Source: Amoebophrya sp. A120
Taxonomy: Eukaryota > Protista > Dinoflagellata
DNA length: 64,000 nt
Reading direction: 5' to 3'
NCBI GenBank assembly: GCA_905178155.1
Contig: CAJINV010000004.1
Location: 5,868,828-5,932,827 of the forward strand
Both the position numbers and the translations under genes were made by a program. Positions 1 through 13,500 of this stretch are shown piece by piece; position 1 is the stretch's first letter, and each line of letters starts with the position of its first letter. The notes under the pieces are model-generated. The model saw only the letters and a program-made list of their open reading frames with translations. It was not told where the DNA came from and made no database searches.

Positions 1-2766
1 GTGGTGGGGCGCCGTGCTTACACCTTTTCTCCTCTTACTGCTCTTCGACTTCCGCCGACCGGTGTGGTTTCTCCTGCACTTCTGTTTTCAAAAAAAAAGT
101 TCCAGCGACGCTCCGAGCTCCGAGTTCGGTCCGTAGCTCGTCCTCGTGTTATACGTGTAATCGACAGGACCTCCAGCTCTTCGAAGAAAAAGAAATTCAC
201 ACTGTAGTTGAAAAAAAAACTGAAAAAACGTCCACGACCATGTGGTCCTTCGATCTGCTCAACATCCTCTTGTTAACGATGTCGCCTCTGGGTCTTCTCA
301 CAACCCTTTGTCGTTGAAAAAAAAAACCGCGCTTCGAGGTTGAAGAACCGTGTCGTCGTGGTGGCGTAATCATGTGCCGCTGCAGTGCCGGGGACGATGT
401 ACTGGTAGTGAAAATTTTTACTCGTTCCGCTGAAACCCAAACCGTATCCGTGCACCAGGTGCAGCAGAAAAAAAACTCGTTCACAACATGACTCACGATG
501 TAATTTTGTGTGCCACCACAACAAACTTGAAGGCAACCACCAGCTTCTGATATTTTCTTGAACAAGAAATAGAAAGATAAATAGGAGGAATAGCTGCACG
601 GAATAGCTCCACTCAATGTTAATCTCAATTTATTCTCTCGAAAAGTTGTCGCGCTGAATTTTTACCACAGAATTCATTTCAATGCGGCATCCGCTAGCAC
701 TCTGGCTCTCTCTTGTTGAAAACAACACGACAGAAAAAGACCTTCCATGGAAGGAACGCGCAGCTACTTCTTACGAAGTAGCAAACGAAGGAAAAGGAAC
801 GCGAACAGCCTTTGGCTGCGCCAGCATTTGGCAGCTGCATGCAGCTTGCTGCGTGCTCGTTGGCCCGGGCGGACACCAAGAAGAGAAACCTTTTGATTTT
901 TGTTTTTGCCCTACAGAACGACCTGCTTTACTTTGATAATTTGTTTAGTTGAAATGGACTGTTGATGTTCTGACTTTCGCGGAGGACTGGAACCATAGCT
1001 CGTGCGACGGCTCGTGTAGTATTAGGTTTAGAGAGGTTTATCGTCGGTGAAGAAGATCTCCAGGAACTTCTTCTACTTGTCTTCGGGAACGGAATGATAG
1101 CAGGGTGAAATCAATCTCCCCAAAACCAGACCGCGTCCTCCTGAAAATTCTATCAATACAGCAAAACAGGCACTGCCTGGAGGCATTTCATATTCTCTCA
1201 TGTAGTGCTGACAATGTGGCATATATTGCTGCTGGCGTAAACGGCAGGCGAAAAATTTAAAGGAAGTTCTAATTTTGTAGGTAATTATCTTGAACTAGAC
1301 AACAACTCTAAAGACAGTTACAATAGCGCGTGGCCGTAAGAACTATTACATCAATAGGTTTAGTTGTTTTGTGCCCGAAAATTTCATAACTGTCTAGAGT
1401 TCGCTTGTGATACTGTAAAGCTCTGGAATTTATATTTGGTTGTATTCATTTGAAACTAGTACTGGTTGTAGTTCTGATGTTTTGGACTACTCAACTTCTG
1501 TCCATATCCCAAATAAGTTCGTCGCTAGATTCAGTTCGTGAAAATAGTATAGAGTGTCATATTTTTCGTTGCAAAGAACTGGAAGACTAAAGCTGATAGA
1601 ATCGTGCAAGCAGCTCATATTAGGAGGCTCTTCGCGTTTTTAACCTCGTATTTCTCCAACACGACAAAGACTCCACTCAGGTCCTTTTTCAAGGAACCAA
1701 AGCGAGGTCCACTATCGTGTTGACGCTCCTTTTCTTTTCACCTGCTTCTGTGGGCATCGCAATAGCGAGCCAGCAAGAAACGCCTTGGAGGTCTCGATAA
1801 TTTGATGAATACGCTCTAGCTACACACGACCTATATGCGATGGAAAATTATTGTTCGAGAGAAAATTTAATAGTAGTTGCGGTTGACCTGATGTAAACGT
1901 TACCTTCGTCTTTTGTTACACTGGTTTTCTGTTGATGTTGTGTGCCGGTAAAAAGTTTTTCAGAGGTCAGCTTCCTCCTCATGATCCGCATAGATGATTT
2001 GTTTTCGTCTTATTTTTATTTCTGCTTCAAGATATCTGAGTAGTTCGTTAGTTTTCTCAAAAGTCCAAAAATTGTAGTACTCAAGATTTTTCAAAGAGAT
2101 GCCGTAGTACCTGAATTCTCAAATTAGTACCTATTTTTTACTCCTGGTGCTGCACAACTTTTTACAGTTTCATTTTTTCATCAATTTAGAAACGGTAAAT
2201 AATACACGACTTGTTCCCGGTACTAGTTTTGATATGGAGTTTGGTCACGGTTCATTTTTTTGTGTCGAGAAACACATAATAATTTTACAGAGGTACATTT
2301 TTTCAGGGAAGAACGATGAATAGATTGACAGGATTCCTGTCGCGCGGGTTCATTTGAAGAATTTTAAAGAACAAGAGTTAGGGTACAACCCTACCAGTAA
2401 ATCAGGTGTGAATAAAATTGTAATTGTTGTAAAATAGTCGAAACGAGATGGTAGAGCGAAACAGTTGTTACAATAAAAGAGGGTTTGTTAGATTGTTAAC
2501 AAGACAAAATTGTATAACACTAGAGATAATTACATTTGTAATAGAGATAGACTGAGACTTTAAGTCACCTACTGATTTAAGTGCCGGTTATTTGAGAACA
2601 TCAAGGTTATCTGGCTGCATCTCTCATCTCCACCAACCTTTTCGCCAGATCTCTTTGCGTCTCTATTTCTTCAGTTCCTGTTTGTGTTTCGTATTCTTTT
2701 TCCTGCTCCTCGTCTTTCTTAGATCATGCTCCTTCTTGATGCCTTGCTTCGCGATGTATTTTCGCT

Positions 2767-5700
2767 TTATGCGCAGCAGGACACCCCGATGACCTTCATG
2801 TAGGCTTCCCGGGCCGCGGTGATGTTGCGCACCGGGACGTTTTATGGATTGCAAAAATGTCTGCGCTGGAAACTTGTAATGCTGCGTTGGGAAGAATGAA
2901 AATGAATGCTCTGTACTAATGCACAGCCAAGCATGAGAAATATCTTGTTGCGTTTTTCGCATGACAAACTGCGTTTTTGCATGACAGGCAAAAGGGTCTC
3001 TTCTTGGACACGCATCACAAACTCTTTGGTCATGCGAGACAAGCATGACAAATCTCGCAATCTTCCAGACCCAGACATTTTTGCACTCGATACGTTTTCC
3101 GTGGGCATCTGCGCGTCGATGTACAGCGGCCCCTCGTAGTTCTTGCACTCCTGCTCGTTTTCGCCGCCCATCATGTATCCTGTGCAAAAGTATCGCACTC
3201 GTATTCATTGCAGTCATGCATTACAAATCTTTCTTTTAAGTTAAATCCGCATTACAAATTCTATTTCTCACGCTGAGGAAATTTGTAAATGCACTTATAC
3301 GAGTACGATACTTTTGCATTGCATATCATGTCCGCGCCGGAATGATGATCGCGGGGCGAGGACATTCCGTAGGGGTTGCTGGTACCCAGGCCGCTCATGT
3401 GGTAGGAGCTGGAGAAGATAAAACGCCGGTAGTTGTGCTGCGCCTTATGAGAGTGCACAACTCCCCCTCCCTCTCGTTTGTCATGCAAAACCGCAAACCC
3501 AAGTGCTTCCCTGTGGCACTGTTTGCATGACAGATTCCGGAAGCCCAAACAGTACTGCACTAGGCGCATGAATTTGTCATGCACAGGCTTCACGTGTGCT
3601 AATGTTTGTATTGCTGTGTGTTCATGCTATACAAATGAGGGGGGAGGAGGAGTTGTGCACTCCCATACGCCTGCGCGATCTTGTAAAAGTGCGGCGGACC
3701 ACCTGCCGCCTTGGCGGCCTTGGGGGTCGTGCTAGCAGTCGAAGTCGCGGTAGAAGTAGAGGTGTTACCAACTGCCTCGCTGGTGGAATTGTTTTTGTTC
3801 GTGTGCTATCAACTGCAAAACTGTCTGCGTCTGGAAGATTGCCAGGTTTGTCATGCATATTTTGAATGACCCATGATATCTGTGACGCATGCCCTAGCAT
3901 CACAGATCTTTAGAGGACTTTGCGATGCCTCTACCGCATGGGAAATGCCCTCTCCGCGTAGCACAAACTGGAGTCCTCGTGCTGGTCATGCAATACAAAT
4001 TTTTTTAGAATCCAGAGACAGCATCACAAGTTAGTTTAGAATCTTCCAGACCCAGACATATTTGCAATGCATATGTGCAGCAGGCTACTGGCCGGGTAGA
4101 TCCGCTTCTTGTTCTCCGGCAGGAGCATCAGTTTCTTCTGCTCGAGCTTCGGAAACAGCGGGCCGGTGGTGCTCGTGGTCACCACAGTCGTATGCATTGC
4201 AAAAGTATCGCACTCGTATAAATGCAATACAAATTTCCTCAGCATGAGAAATAAAATTTGTATTGCGGATTTACCTTAAGAAAAAGATTTGTAATGCATG
4301 ACTGCAATACGAGTACGATACTTTTGCAGTTCATAAGTCGTCCGCGGCGTCAACGTCGCGGTGGTACTGGAGGTATCCAGTGCAAAAGTATCGCGCTCGG
4401 ACTAATTGCAAATATGCATGACAAATCTTCCTCCTAGGGTAAAACAGCATTACAAATTGCGTTCTTCATGCTGAGCAAATTTGTAATGCAATTTGTACTA
4501 GTACGATGCTTTTGCATTGCATAGGAGGTCGGCTTGCTCGGGCGAGCGGCGGTCGACGCGGGAGGGGCGAACGAGTCCTCGTCGGCAAGGAACGAGGTGC
4601 GAGGAGCGAGAAAATACTTCTCCTCCTGGGCGGCCTGAGGTTGATTAAGTGGGGGAGAAGAAGTTAATGGATTTATTCATCTTGGATCGACGTTCTGTGG
4701 AGTTCGAGGAAAAGTTATACCGATTGAGAATTATACTTGTCAAGATTAAAGCACTTTTTTGATAAAAGTACCTTCTTCTTCCGCTCCATCAACTGCCATT
4801 TGCACTTGATGTCGTCTTCCTGTACCCGAGCCTTGTCCTTGTACACCACCACTTGGTGGCTGTTGTTCTTGCTCGTGGCCACGTAGACCGGCATCGTCGG
4901 GCGGAATTGCGGCAAAGGCAGCGCCGGGTAGTAGATCGCATGACTGCTCGCCGTCTGGTTCTTCCGCACACCATTCTGCTTGTTTCCACCACCCCGCGTG
5001 TTTGTCGCGCGACGGCGCTGGCGCAGCGTGCGGCGCACCTCGAGGGCCCTCTATGCATTGCAAATATGTCTGGGTCTAGAAGGTTGGAACTTGTAATGCT
5101 AGCTTTCCGTAGTTAGGAAATCTGTATTGCATAAACAACAAAAGTCGCGGCCTCTTTTTTTATACGCAAAAACGCAGCTTCTCATGCGGATTGCCTATGA
5201 GAAAGCGTTCTGGAAAGTTGTCATGCTAGGTTGCGCTCGACACTGTTTCTATCATCCACATTTTAGCATCACACGTTTCCAGACCCAGACATTTTTGCAT
5301 TTGATACCTTCATCGCTTTCACCATCTGTTTGTCCAAAGGCGGGTCCGCAACGGGTGCTCGGGGGACCACGACTCTGGAACTGGTACGACCACTGCCTCG
5401 TCCCGGCTTGCTCATAGCCATGCTCTGGAAGACGTGCATCAGAGCAGCGTCGTCCTTGTTGTAGTTTTTCTGCATGGCGGTGCAGGTCTGTTCCGGAAAG
5501 TCGCGCAAGTCGTCCACCGTTGGCGGCAGCGGGCTGCGGCGGCTCACGGGGTGATACACCGGCACGATCACCGAGGATTTCTGTCCCGCGGTCCGCTGGG
5601 CGGTCCTCGCGCGGCGCTGGGCGCGACGCACGCTGGCCCGGCGCGCGTTCATCGAGAAAGATGCTGAGCCGCCGATGGAGCGGACGTGGCGATTGTTAGT

Positions 5701-8700
5701 ACTACGGGAGTTCAGAATCCGGTTGGTCTCGCGGCGCTTCAGCATCTTGAAAATGAACTCCTGCTTGGTCTCGATCGAGCCGGTAGTTCCCTGGGTGGGA
5801 GTACTAGTGTTCGTGAAAGAACCTCCCACGCGCGTGAAGTTCTGCTGGGCGTTGCGGCGGCCCGCCCGGCGAGAGCTGGAGGCTGCGTACAAAGAGCCGA
5901 AATTCGTTTTGCTCGTCTTGTTCTCACCTTCAGCCATCATGTGCGGCAAAACCACACAGTGATTAGAGCGGGCCTGCGCCTCGTTCTGAAAAGCGACGAC
6001 CGCAGAGGACGACGTCTGATGCAGCTCCGTCGAGCTGGTGTTCAGCATCCGGGCGCCCTGCTTCCACAACATCATCTGGGAATGCAGGTACTCGCGAACC
6101 AGACCGATCGCCGACTTCTGCAGAAACTTACCCACCGGGAAAATGGCCGCTTTGGAGTGGTTCGTCGTGGTGCTCGTGGTCCAGGCGCCCTTCAGGGTCC
6201 AGTTCTGCGGGCAGGATTCCAAGTTCTGCGCACCCACCTGAGCTTCAACCTGCTTCCGCGCGTCCAAAACGCCACGGCGGCACTTCTTGTCTTCACCAAA
6301 CAAGGCGGCGCGGAACGCGGAAAGATCTGGTTGTATTATTAATTTGGTGTTCTTGTATACGGATTTTCATTTTCGATTTCCATTCCGTTCGCTGCACTGC
6401 AATTTCAAATAATCAGGTTCTGTACCAAAAGTGGAAATAAGCGCGTGGAGGTCACGGTGCGAGCCTAGGCGTTACAGATCATCAATCAAGATGTCGCCCC
6501 GGATCCGATTCGGAACTTACAACAGCGAATGAAAAAAACTAAGTAAATACCGATGTCATCCTGGCCGGTGCTGCCCGTCGGCGCGGCGAGCTCTTCCATC
6601 GGGTTGCCCCAGGACGAGGTCGTGGCGTAAAACAGGCTGGTTCCCGACCGCCGGAGCGGGCAGACATCGGTCATCTCGGAGGGCGCGTCGGCCACGATGG
6701 ACAGCATCAGCAGACGCGACTGTACGGCGAACACCACAACCAACAACGCCATCATGTGCATGCGGTTTGCGTTTTTCACGGACTTGGTGCAGGAAGAGCC
6801 CTTGCAAGAACCCGACGAAGAAGCAGACATAGAAGTACAGGCAACCGCGCCGCTCTTTTCCGCGGCGGAAGGTCCGGCTAAAAAGTTGTTCATGTTATCG
6901 AACTGCGGGTTCTCCAGGTGCTGTTTGATGGTGTCCCGCAGCGCGCGCAGATTCTCGCTGCGAGAGGCCGTCTCGTAGTTGCCGAAGATTTCGGCCGACT
7001 TGGCGGAAAATTTGCAAACCTGCTGCATCACCGCGCGGAACACGCAGCACTGCATCCGCTTGAGCATCCCGAACGCCTTGTGGACGGAGCGGAGCAGGCT
7101 GCGGCGCGGGCCGCGGACGCATTTTTTCGCCAGACGCACACGGTGCGCGCAAAACTGCCCGCACTTCTTGTACGCTTTACGGATCTTCTTGGCCGCCAGG
7201 GTCTTGGCGGTGGAAACGACCTGGAGTTCAGTAAAGAGGATTGGCGGAGAGAGTGAAGATAATGGCTGCATTTTCAAATTCCAAGCATGTTGTTCAGACT
7301 GAGAGCATAACTTCTACGTTAACGTTCGACATCAAAAGTGCGAAAACCACAAAAATTGTATAACTGTAGTACCCCAGTGCTGGCCGGAGCAGCAACCTGC
7401 AGCTCCTCAGAAGTGGTCGTTGTGCTAGTCGGGGAAGAAGAATTCTGCTCGACCTTGACGTAGCCTTCTTCTACGACCTCATCTCCCGCAACGGCCGCTG
7501 CCTCCGCTTCCAATTGCAGTTTCCTGGCGGCGCGCTTGGAGGCCAACTTTTTCGTGGACAGGGCGATGTAGCAGAGGCACTTGTAGCCCTTCCCGGCCAC
7601 GCGGTCCATGAAGGCGCAGTAGGTCTGGCAGCCGGCGATGATCCGGGACCGCACTGGGACCACGTACCGACAGGTCAACCGCTTGATCCAGGCGATCAGC
7701 TTCTCCGAGGAAGCCTTGAGCGTGACGCAGATCTGCGAAACCGCCATGCGGGTCTTCTCGTCCGCGTTGATGGTGGCGGCTTTTAATTTCATGATCAACA
7801 GTATGGAAGCGTCAGGTTTGAAATCGTCAAAGTTGAAATAATTTGTAATGCATAAAATGCATGACCCGAGATGCGTGCGTTGCAGAGCAGGCAAGTGAGG
7901 CCGATTGTAAGCCTGTTTGGGGCTACAGCTCGAGCTGCTAAAGTAGCATGAAAAAATCACTCTTCTTTGCCTAAACAGCATGACAGTTTGGATTTAGGGA
8001 CCACCGAAATTTGTCATGCGCCACTTACAAACTGGCTTCCAACTGGCATCCATTTTATGCATGACAAACTATTTCAACTTTGACGATTTCAAACCTGACG
8101 CTTCCATAAACAGGTCGGTCTGCTGCCGGATGAAGGCGATCAGCATGTCCTTGGCGCTGTGAGGGTTTTTTGATATTTCATTTACAACATTTTCAGCATT
8201 TAATACGAAGGCCTCGGTGGTGGACCACAAACGAGTTCGCTGCTTTGCAGGACCTCATCACCACTTGCATTTCTTTGCATACGAAAAACAAAAATGAAAA
8301 ATCATCTTCAAATTTTTATACTCGCCCGCCTTCTGCTTGGCCAGACAGCATTTTCCCTTCGTGGCACAGAACACGGTAACAAAGAACGCCAGGAACTTCG
8401 CAAACTGCTTCCGGACCGAGCTGTCTCCAACTTGCTGCTCTCCTGCAGTCGCCTTGATGTCTTTCTGCACGATAGCGGAAAAAGCGGGCGTCATATCAGG
8501 GTAGTCCTTCTGCGGGGCCGGCGGGTTCACCTTGTTCCCGCCCTCATTCGTGAACGGCATCCAGGAGAACCAGGATTTATTTTTCGCTTGCTGCTCTTTC
8601 AGCAACTTCTCCTTCTCCACCACCAACTCCTTTTTCAGCTTCTCTTCCACGAGCTCGAGAAAGTCCTGGACGCTTTCCGGACTGCAGGTCTTCTTCTTAT

Positions 8701-9061
8701 TCACGTGGAACAGATCCTTGGCCGTCTTCTGGTACAAGTTTTTGGTCTTGCTGGCAAACTCTTGGACCACCGTCTTCGTGTTGCGCACCAGCGAGGAGGC
8801 CTTGTTAGTGGTAGCTTGTTGTTCATCTCCACCAGCGCCTTGTGAAGAAGTCGTGGAAGAAGCCGAACTGCTCTGCTGGTCATGGTCCACATGATCGGCG
8901 AGTAGCGTCTCGTAGTCGCCCTGCAAATCGATGAGCGAAACGTCGCTCTCCTCGTCAGAAGACCCCTTCTCCGACTGCTTTGTGGGCGAATTCTCAATTG
9001 AGGACACTTCCCCGTTGCCGCGCATCAGCGACCAACCGCTCCTATTGCGTCGGCTGCTCAT
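2767..9061 (-). CDS. Large hypothetical multi-exon protein (gene 1)
   Basis: ORFs 8258-9172, 7319-7981, 6486-7277, 5269-6303, 4715-5038 and smaller fragments join in one frame after removing 8 TIR/TSD inserts and about 4 GT-AG introns (e.g. 4635-4771, 6327-6550). Ends ...MKVIGVSCCA*. The 5' joins are less certain. Confidence 0.6.
2843..3092. mobile_element. Introner family B (TIR TATNNNNTGCAAAAATGTCTGGGTCTGGAA), 250 bp
   Basis: TSD cgttt/cgttt; frame restored (TENV|PVRN). Confidence 0.9.
3176..3325. mobile_element. Introner family A (TIR TATNNNNTGCAAAAGTATCG), 150 bp
   Basis: TSD tcatg/tcatg; frame restored. Confidence 0.9.
3446..3667. mobile_element. Introner family C (TIR TATGAGAGTGCACAACTCCCC), 222 bp
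   Basis: TSD cgcct/cgcct. Confidence 0.9.
3807..4073. mobile_element. Introner family B, 267 bp
   Basis: TSD tgtgc/tgtgc. Confidence 0.9.
4191..4335. mobile_element. Introner family A, 145 bp
   Basis: TSD agtcg/agtcg. Confidence 0.9.
4374..4523. mobile_element. Introner family A, 150 bp
   Basis: TSD ggagg/ggagg. Confidence 0.9.
5052..5306. mobile_element. Introner family B, 255 bp
   Basis: Imperfect TSD ccctc/ccttc. Confidence 0.85.
7802..8108. mobile_element. Introner family D (TIR TATGGAAGCGTCAGGTTTGAAATCGTCAAAG), 307 bp
   Basis: TSD aacag/aacag; near-perfect TIR of about 58 bp. Confidence 0.92.
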
Positions 9062-10278
9062 CTTCGATTTATTTTCGACACCTTTATCGTTTTCTGAAAA
9101 AGGACTCGATGTTTCTGTACAGACAAGGAGTTGTCCGATTCTTACTCTCGACCTCTCGGTAAGAACCAACAAGAAGTGCTGACGCGTGCAACTTCTTCTC
9201 GTCCGCTGTGACTTTACTTTTTGCAGGATAACTTCTGCTTTCAGAATCGACTCACCCTAGAATTGGTCACGATTTTTTTTCCAAAAATGGTAAATCAATG
9301 TGCAATAAAGGCGTGTTCTGAATCTGAGGCAGACACGGCACGCAAAATAAAAGTTTCGGATGGAGAAGGAGTAAGTTCGTATCACAGCGGCCTACGAACG
9401 AAAATTGTGTATAAGTTGTGGGAAAAACGTCAAAACTTGGTTGTAGTGCTATTGCTCAATGCAAGTAGACTATGTTTAGAAAAGCAAGTGGAGCTCTACC
9501 AAGCAAAAAGATCCCGTGATGTGTCGATACACAGACTAATGCATCTCTACAAAGCGGGGACCATAGATTCCTAGGGGAAATCCATGCTGTCGAGAGCCTG
9601 TATATAATGTGAAGTTTCGGAGTTGTGTAATTTCGACGCTCTAGTTTCCAGCTCCTGGGTGCGCTCCAAAATGAAAAGAAAATCGACCGATACACGAACA
9701 ATTTTCCCTCCCACTGCACTCGTCGACGGAACTCCGGCTCATATCCTCTCTCCTGCCTGTTCTAACTGCTCAAAGAAGACATCATCAGAGCACCGAATCC
9801 CGAGGCATTGCACTCTTTGGGCCCTCTCTCTCTCCGAACCGAATTAGACCGAGTTTTACATGTTCAAGCTCATCTCCTGAAAGAAGTGACCGAGAGATCA
9901 CAACACAACGGATCTCGAACAATTCATTCCAGCAACAGACTTCGTTATAGACCCAGACTCACACAGATGACCTCAGAAATGTATATCAGTATGCTACTTG
10001 TTTGTCTTCAGTGAATTCGTGGTCTCCGGTTGAAGGGCTTGCCTTCTTTTTACGATTCTACGGGATACGTTTCAGATTCAGATGGATACGCGGACTCCGG
10101 GTGAAGATCGTGTCTTCTTCTTCTTGCGTGTTTCTACTTTCTAGTGCTACTTTAAGAAAAAAACAGTTTGACGGGGCCACTTTGAGCCTGCTTGTGAATC
10201 ACATGTGGTTAGCGCTTCTTTATAGAAAAAAACTTTTTTTTTTCAACGAAATTGATCATCTCTGTACAAAGTCATCGA

Positions 10279-10435
10279 GGGTTTGGGTTGCATTTGCTGA
10301 TTACATATTGATTATCGTTTTCGATTATGATTTCGCTATCGGCTTCACCATTCCGCGGGGTTTGGGTTGCATTTTCTGATTACATGTTGATTTCGTTGTC
10401 GATTATGATTTCGCTATCGGCTTCACCATTCCGCG
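10279..10435. repeat. Two-copy tandem duplication, ~79-bp unit
   Basis: gggtttgggttgcatt...ggcttcaccattccgcg occurs twice, downstream of gene 2. Confidence 0.85.
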
Positions 10436-10582
10436 AAGTAGGGTGTGCTTGTGCTTCTTTGTCGTTCTTCGTAGCATCTTCTTCTGCGATGCGGGTGTAT
10501 CAGGACCTGTTGGCAAACGTAAAATCTGTGCCGCGCTGAAGCTGATAGATCATCGTCAACGTCATCCATGAATGTATACTAC

Positions 10583-13500
10583 TTACACTCCTTTACTTTT
10601 GTCCTCGGCGCCATCACTCTCGTCAGAGTCGCCATCCAGGATCCCAACTTCTTGCAGCGCGGCGGACCGCACCCAATGTTGGAGGAAAAAACAACCTCGG
10701 TTCCAGTAGGAATCCGTGAATGGCGAGGGCGGGCGCTGTTGAGTATGATGATGGGAACAAGTTAATCCTTTAATGTTAATTCGCAGTTTTTATATGGACA
10801 TGTTGTGTTGTACTTGTAGGAGGCATGTAGTTGAGTCGACGTCATCGACGTCATGCATGATGAGAGATTTAATTCTAGTTCTAGATTTTCTACCACTACT
10901 AGAAAGAGCGAGCTAGTACTGCGGCAGAGTAGTATGATTCTGATTGTCCATGGAAAAATGAAAATCTCCTGTACCCATATTTCCGGGTTGATGAGCCGAC
11001 TGGCGGGATCGTGAGTGAAAAACACCTGGTGGCGAGAAGAAGTACTACAACTGTCGGCATTTTTTTCTGCACTCCATTCCCCCGCCGCCGCCCCCACTGC
11101 GTCAGAGAAATCATAACAACCAACAGCTCTTGACACGGTCATTCGCAAGCGCATATCTCCCTGTAGCTCCTCTTGGTTTCTTTCGTGGTCTACAACAAAC
11201 GACCCGGTTTTATTATTTCGTTCTCCTGCAGCTTCAGCTTCTGCATTTCCATTTCCATTTGAACTACTGCTGCATTTCCATTTGTCCAGAATTTTCGCGA
11301 CCACCACCGCTTTCTCACTCTCCTCGACGAGGAAAATCTGAACACCAACCGCGTCGTTCTATGAGGGTGCACAACTCCCCCGCCCCCTCGTTTGTATAGC
11401 ATGAACGGCAATACAAGCATCAGCAATCTTGCCGGTTTTGCATGACAAATTTGCACTGGAGTGTAGCGCTATTTGGAATACCAAAACTTGTCATGCAATC
11501 AGTGCCACGAGGCAAAGGGTGGATTTGGTAGTTTGCATGACAAATGAGGGGGAGGGGGAGTTGTGCACTCTCATACGTTCATCTTGGAAAACAGATGCAA
11601 CAGCTTGTGCCGCTGCGCGGCGTCCCGCTTCGCCTGTGCAGACGGCCACCCGGAGGCCACCGGGGGCGAGGCGGCCACGGCAAGGACCTGATCCGCGGTC
11701 AGAAAAAAACACTTCTTCTGGTGAGGATGTTGGCTGGCCGGTGTGGCTCCGGAACCTTGTTCTGGTGAGGGACCACAAGGAGATGCTTTATTTGCCAAAC
11801 CGTTGTTCCTAGTGCTAGAACCATGATATGCCTCGGATTCGATGCACACCAGAATTTCCTTCCTGCTGCTGCTGGTTCTCGTGTCGATCCGACCAGCCGA
11901 ATTACACAAAGACGCTGCTCGCAGTAATTCTGCAAGGGCCGCAACCACTTCCGTCGTGAGCAATCGGGCGGGAGTCAAGAGTTGCCGAGCTACCTTGGTT
12001 CGCTCCAAATCGTAGGCAACCCTGGAGATGTGAATTTGCCGCTCGGGTGGTTGGATAATCGCACTACTGCCTCCCTGCTCGTGTGCATTTTTCACGACCG
12101 TCGAAGTTGCAGTTTCGTCTTGGTGTTGTCTACTTTTCTGAAATAAACTTATTTTCGTCTTTCCTCCGCCGGCCCCCGCACCAGTCGTTTGATGTGCCGT
12201 ACTGGCACTGCGTCTGCCAGCTCTACTGGCGCCCAGTCTACTCAACCCGTCTTGGCTCACGAAAAAATGCTGCACCTTGTTCAGACCAGAAGTAGAACCT
12301 CCTCCTGCGCCAGGTCCTTCACGCGAAGCCGTGTTCTTGCTACCAAAGAACGACACGAAAAAGTTCGATAAAAGTTTCCCAAGCGTGCAATCGACACTCG
12401 TATCCGCGGCGTCCAAAAAGCCCGGGGTGCCGGAGGGATTCGCCACAAATCGGAGTTCTTGTGGGAGGAGGAGCGGCGGTCGTGTCGGGTTGCGATCTTG
12501 ATGGTCTTCTTCACAAGGTAGCTGCACTGGAATATTGATTTTGTTCTCCAGCTCGTCGCCATCACGCAGACCAGAAAGAACAGGTGGCGGATGGTCATGG
12601 CCCTGGCGGCGACCGTTGTTACTTTCGTGGTCCTCCTGTGCGGCCTCAACGCCGCGAGCTGGTGCCCCAGCACTGTTCTGGACACCCTTTATTTTCGAAA
12701 TGCTTGCTCCTGCTTCCGTGGTAGTGCTGTTTTCTTCCATAGTTGCGCCGAAATCTGGAACTCCACCTTCGCGGGAAGGATCTCCTTGCGAGGATGCTGG
12801 CAGCGAGGAACGACCTTCGTCTTGAAGATCTCGCGCTCGTGATGACGGAACAATGTCAACTTCCAGAAACAGTGAAGAAGTGCAATTCTCGTGTAGAAGA
12901 CTTCTGTAGAAGTACTGGTCCTCGTGATCCTGGACGTCACCAAGGCTCATTTCCTGTATCCCTGTTCCTTCTCCCTCCACCTGGGGAGATGACCCGATAT
13001 TACGCGAGCAGCTCCCGGGCGTTGTACTTGTTCCTGGGGTTGAGGAGCTCCTAGAAGATGAAATTGCGGCAGTACGACTTCTTTTGGGACTGGTACACTC
13101 TTTTCTTTCTTCGCTTGACTGCTCATTTTTACCGTGGGCTTGATGTTCTTCATATTGCGCGCCGTGATGTTGCCTACTGCGCTTTTTCCTCGGGGGCAGT
13201 TGAGTTGTTCTTCTTGGAAAATATCCAGCCTTACAATCTAGTTCATCTTTTATTACGCGCTCGAACTTTAAGAACTGCAAGCTTTGGTCGACAAGTTTCC
13301 TCGCGAGGCTTGTTTCGTCGATGCGAAAACCGCCGCTGCCTTTTGGATCGGAGGAGATCAGGGGCGACGCCGTGCTGCCAACGGGAGTTCCAGCAGAAAA
13401 GAAAGATTTATCCTGGTTATCTACCAAGGAGCCCATGATATTACTAGCACCACAGCGTCCATTTGTACTTGACGTTGCAGAACTCGTCGTCCCCGAAGCA

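Noticed and set aside
1-2760. Short ORFs at the window start
   Set aside because: AT-rich, no recognisable motifs or coherent exon chain; probably intergenic or UTR.
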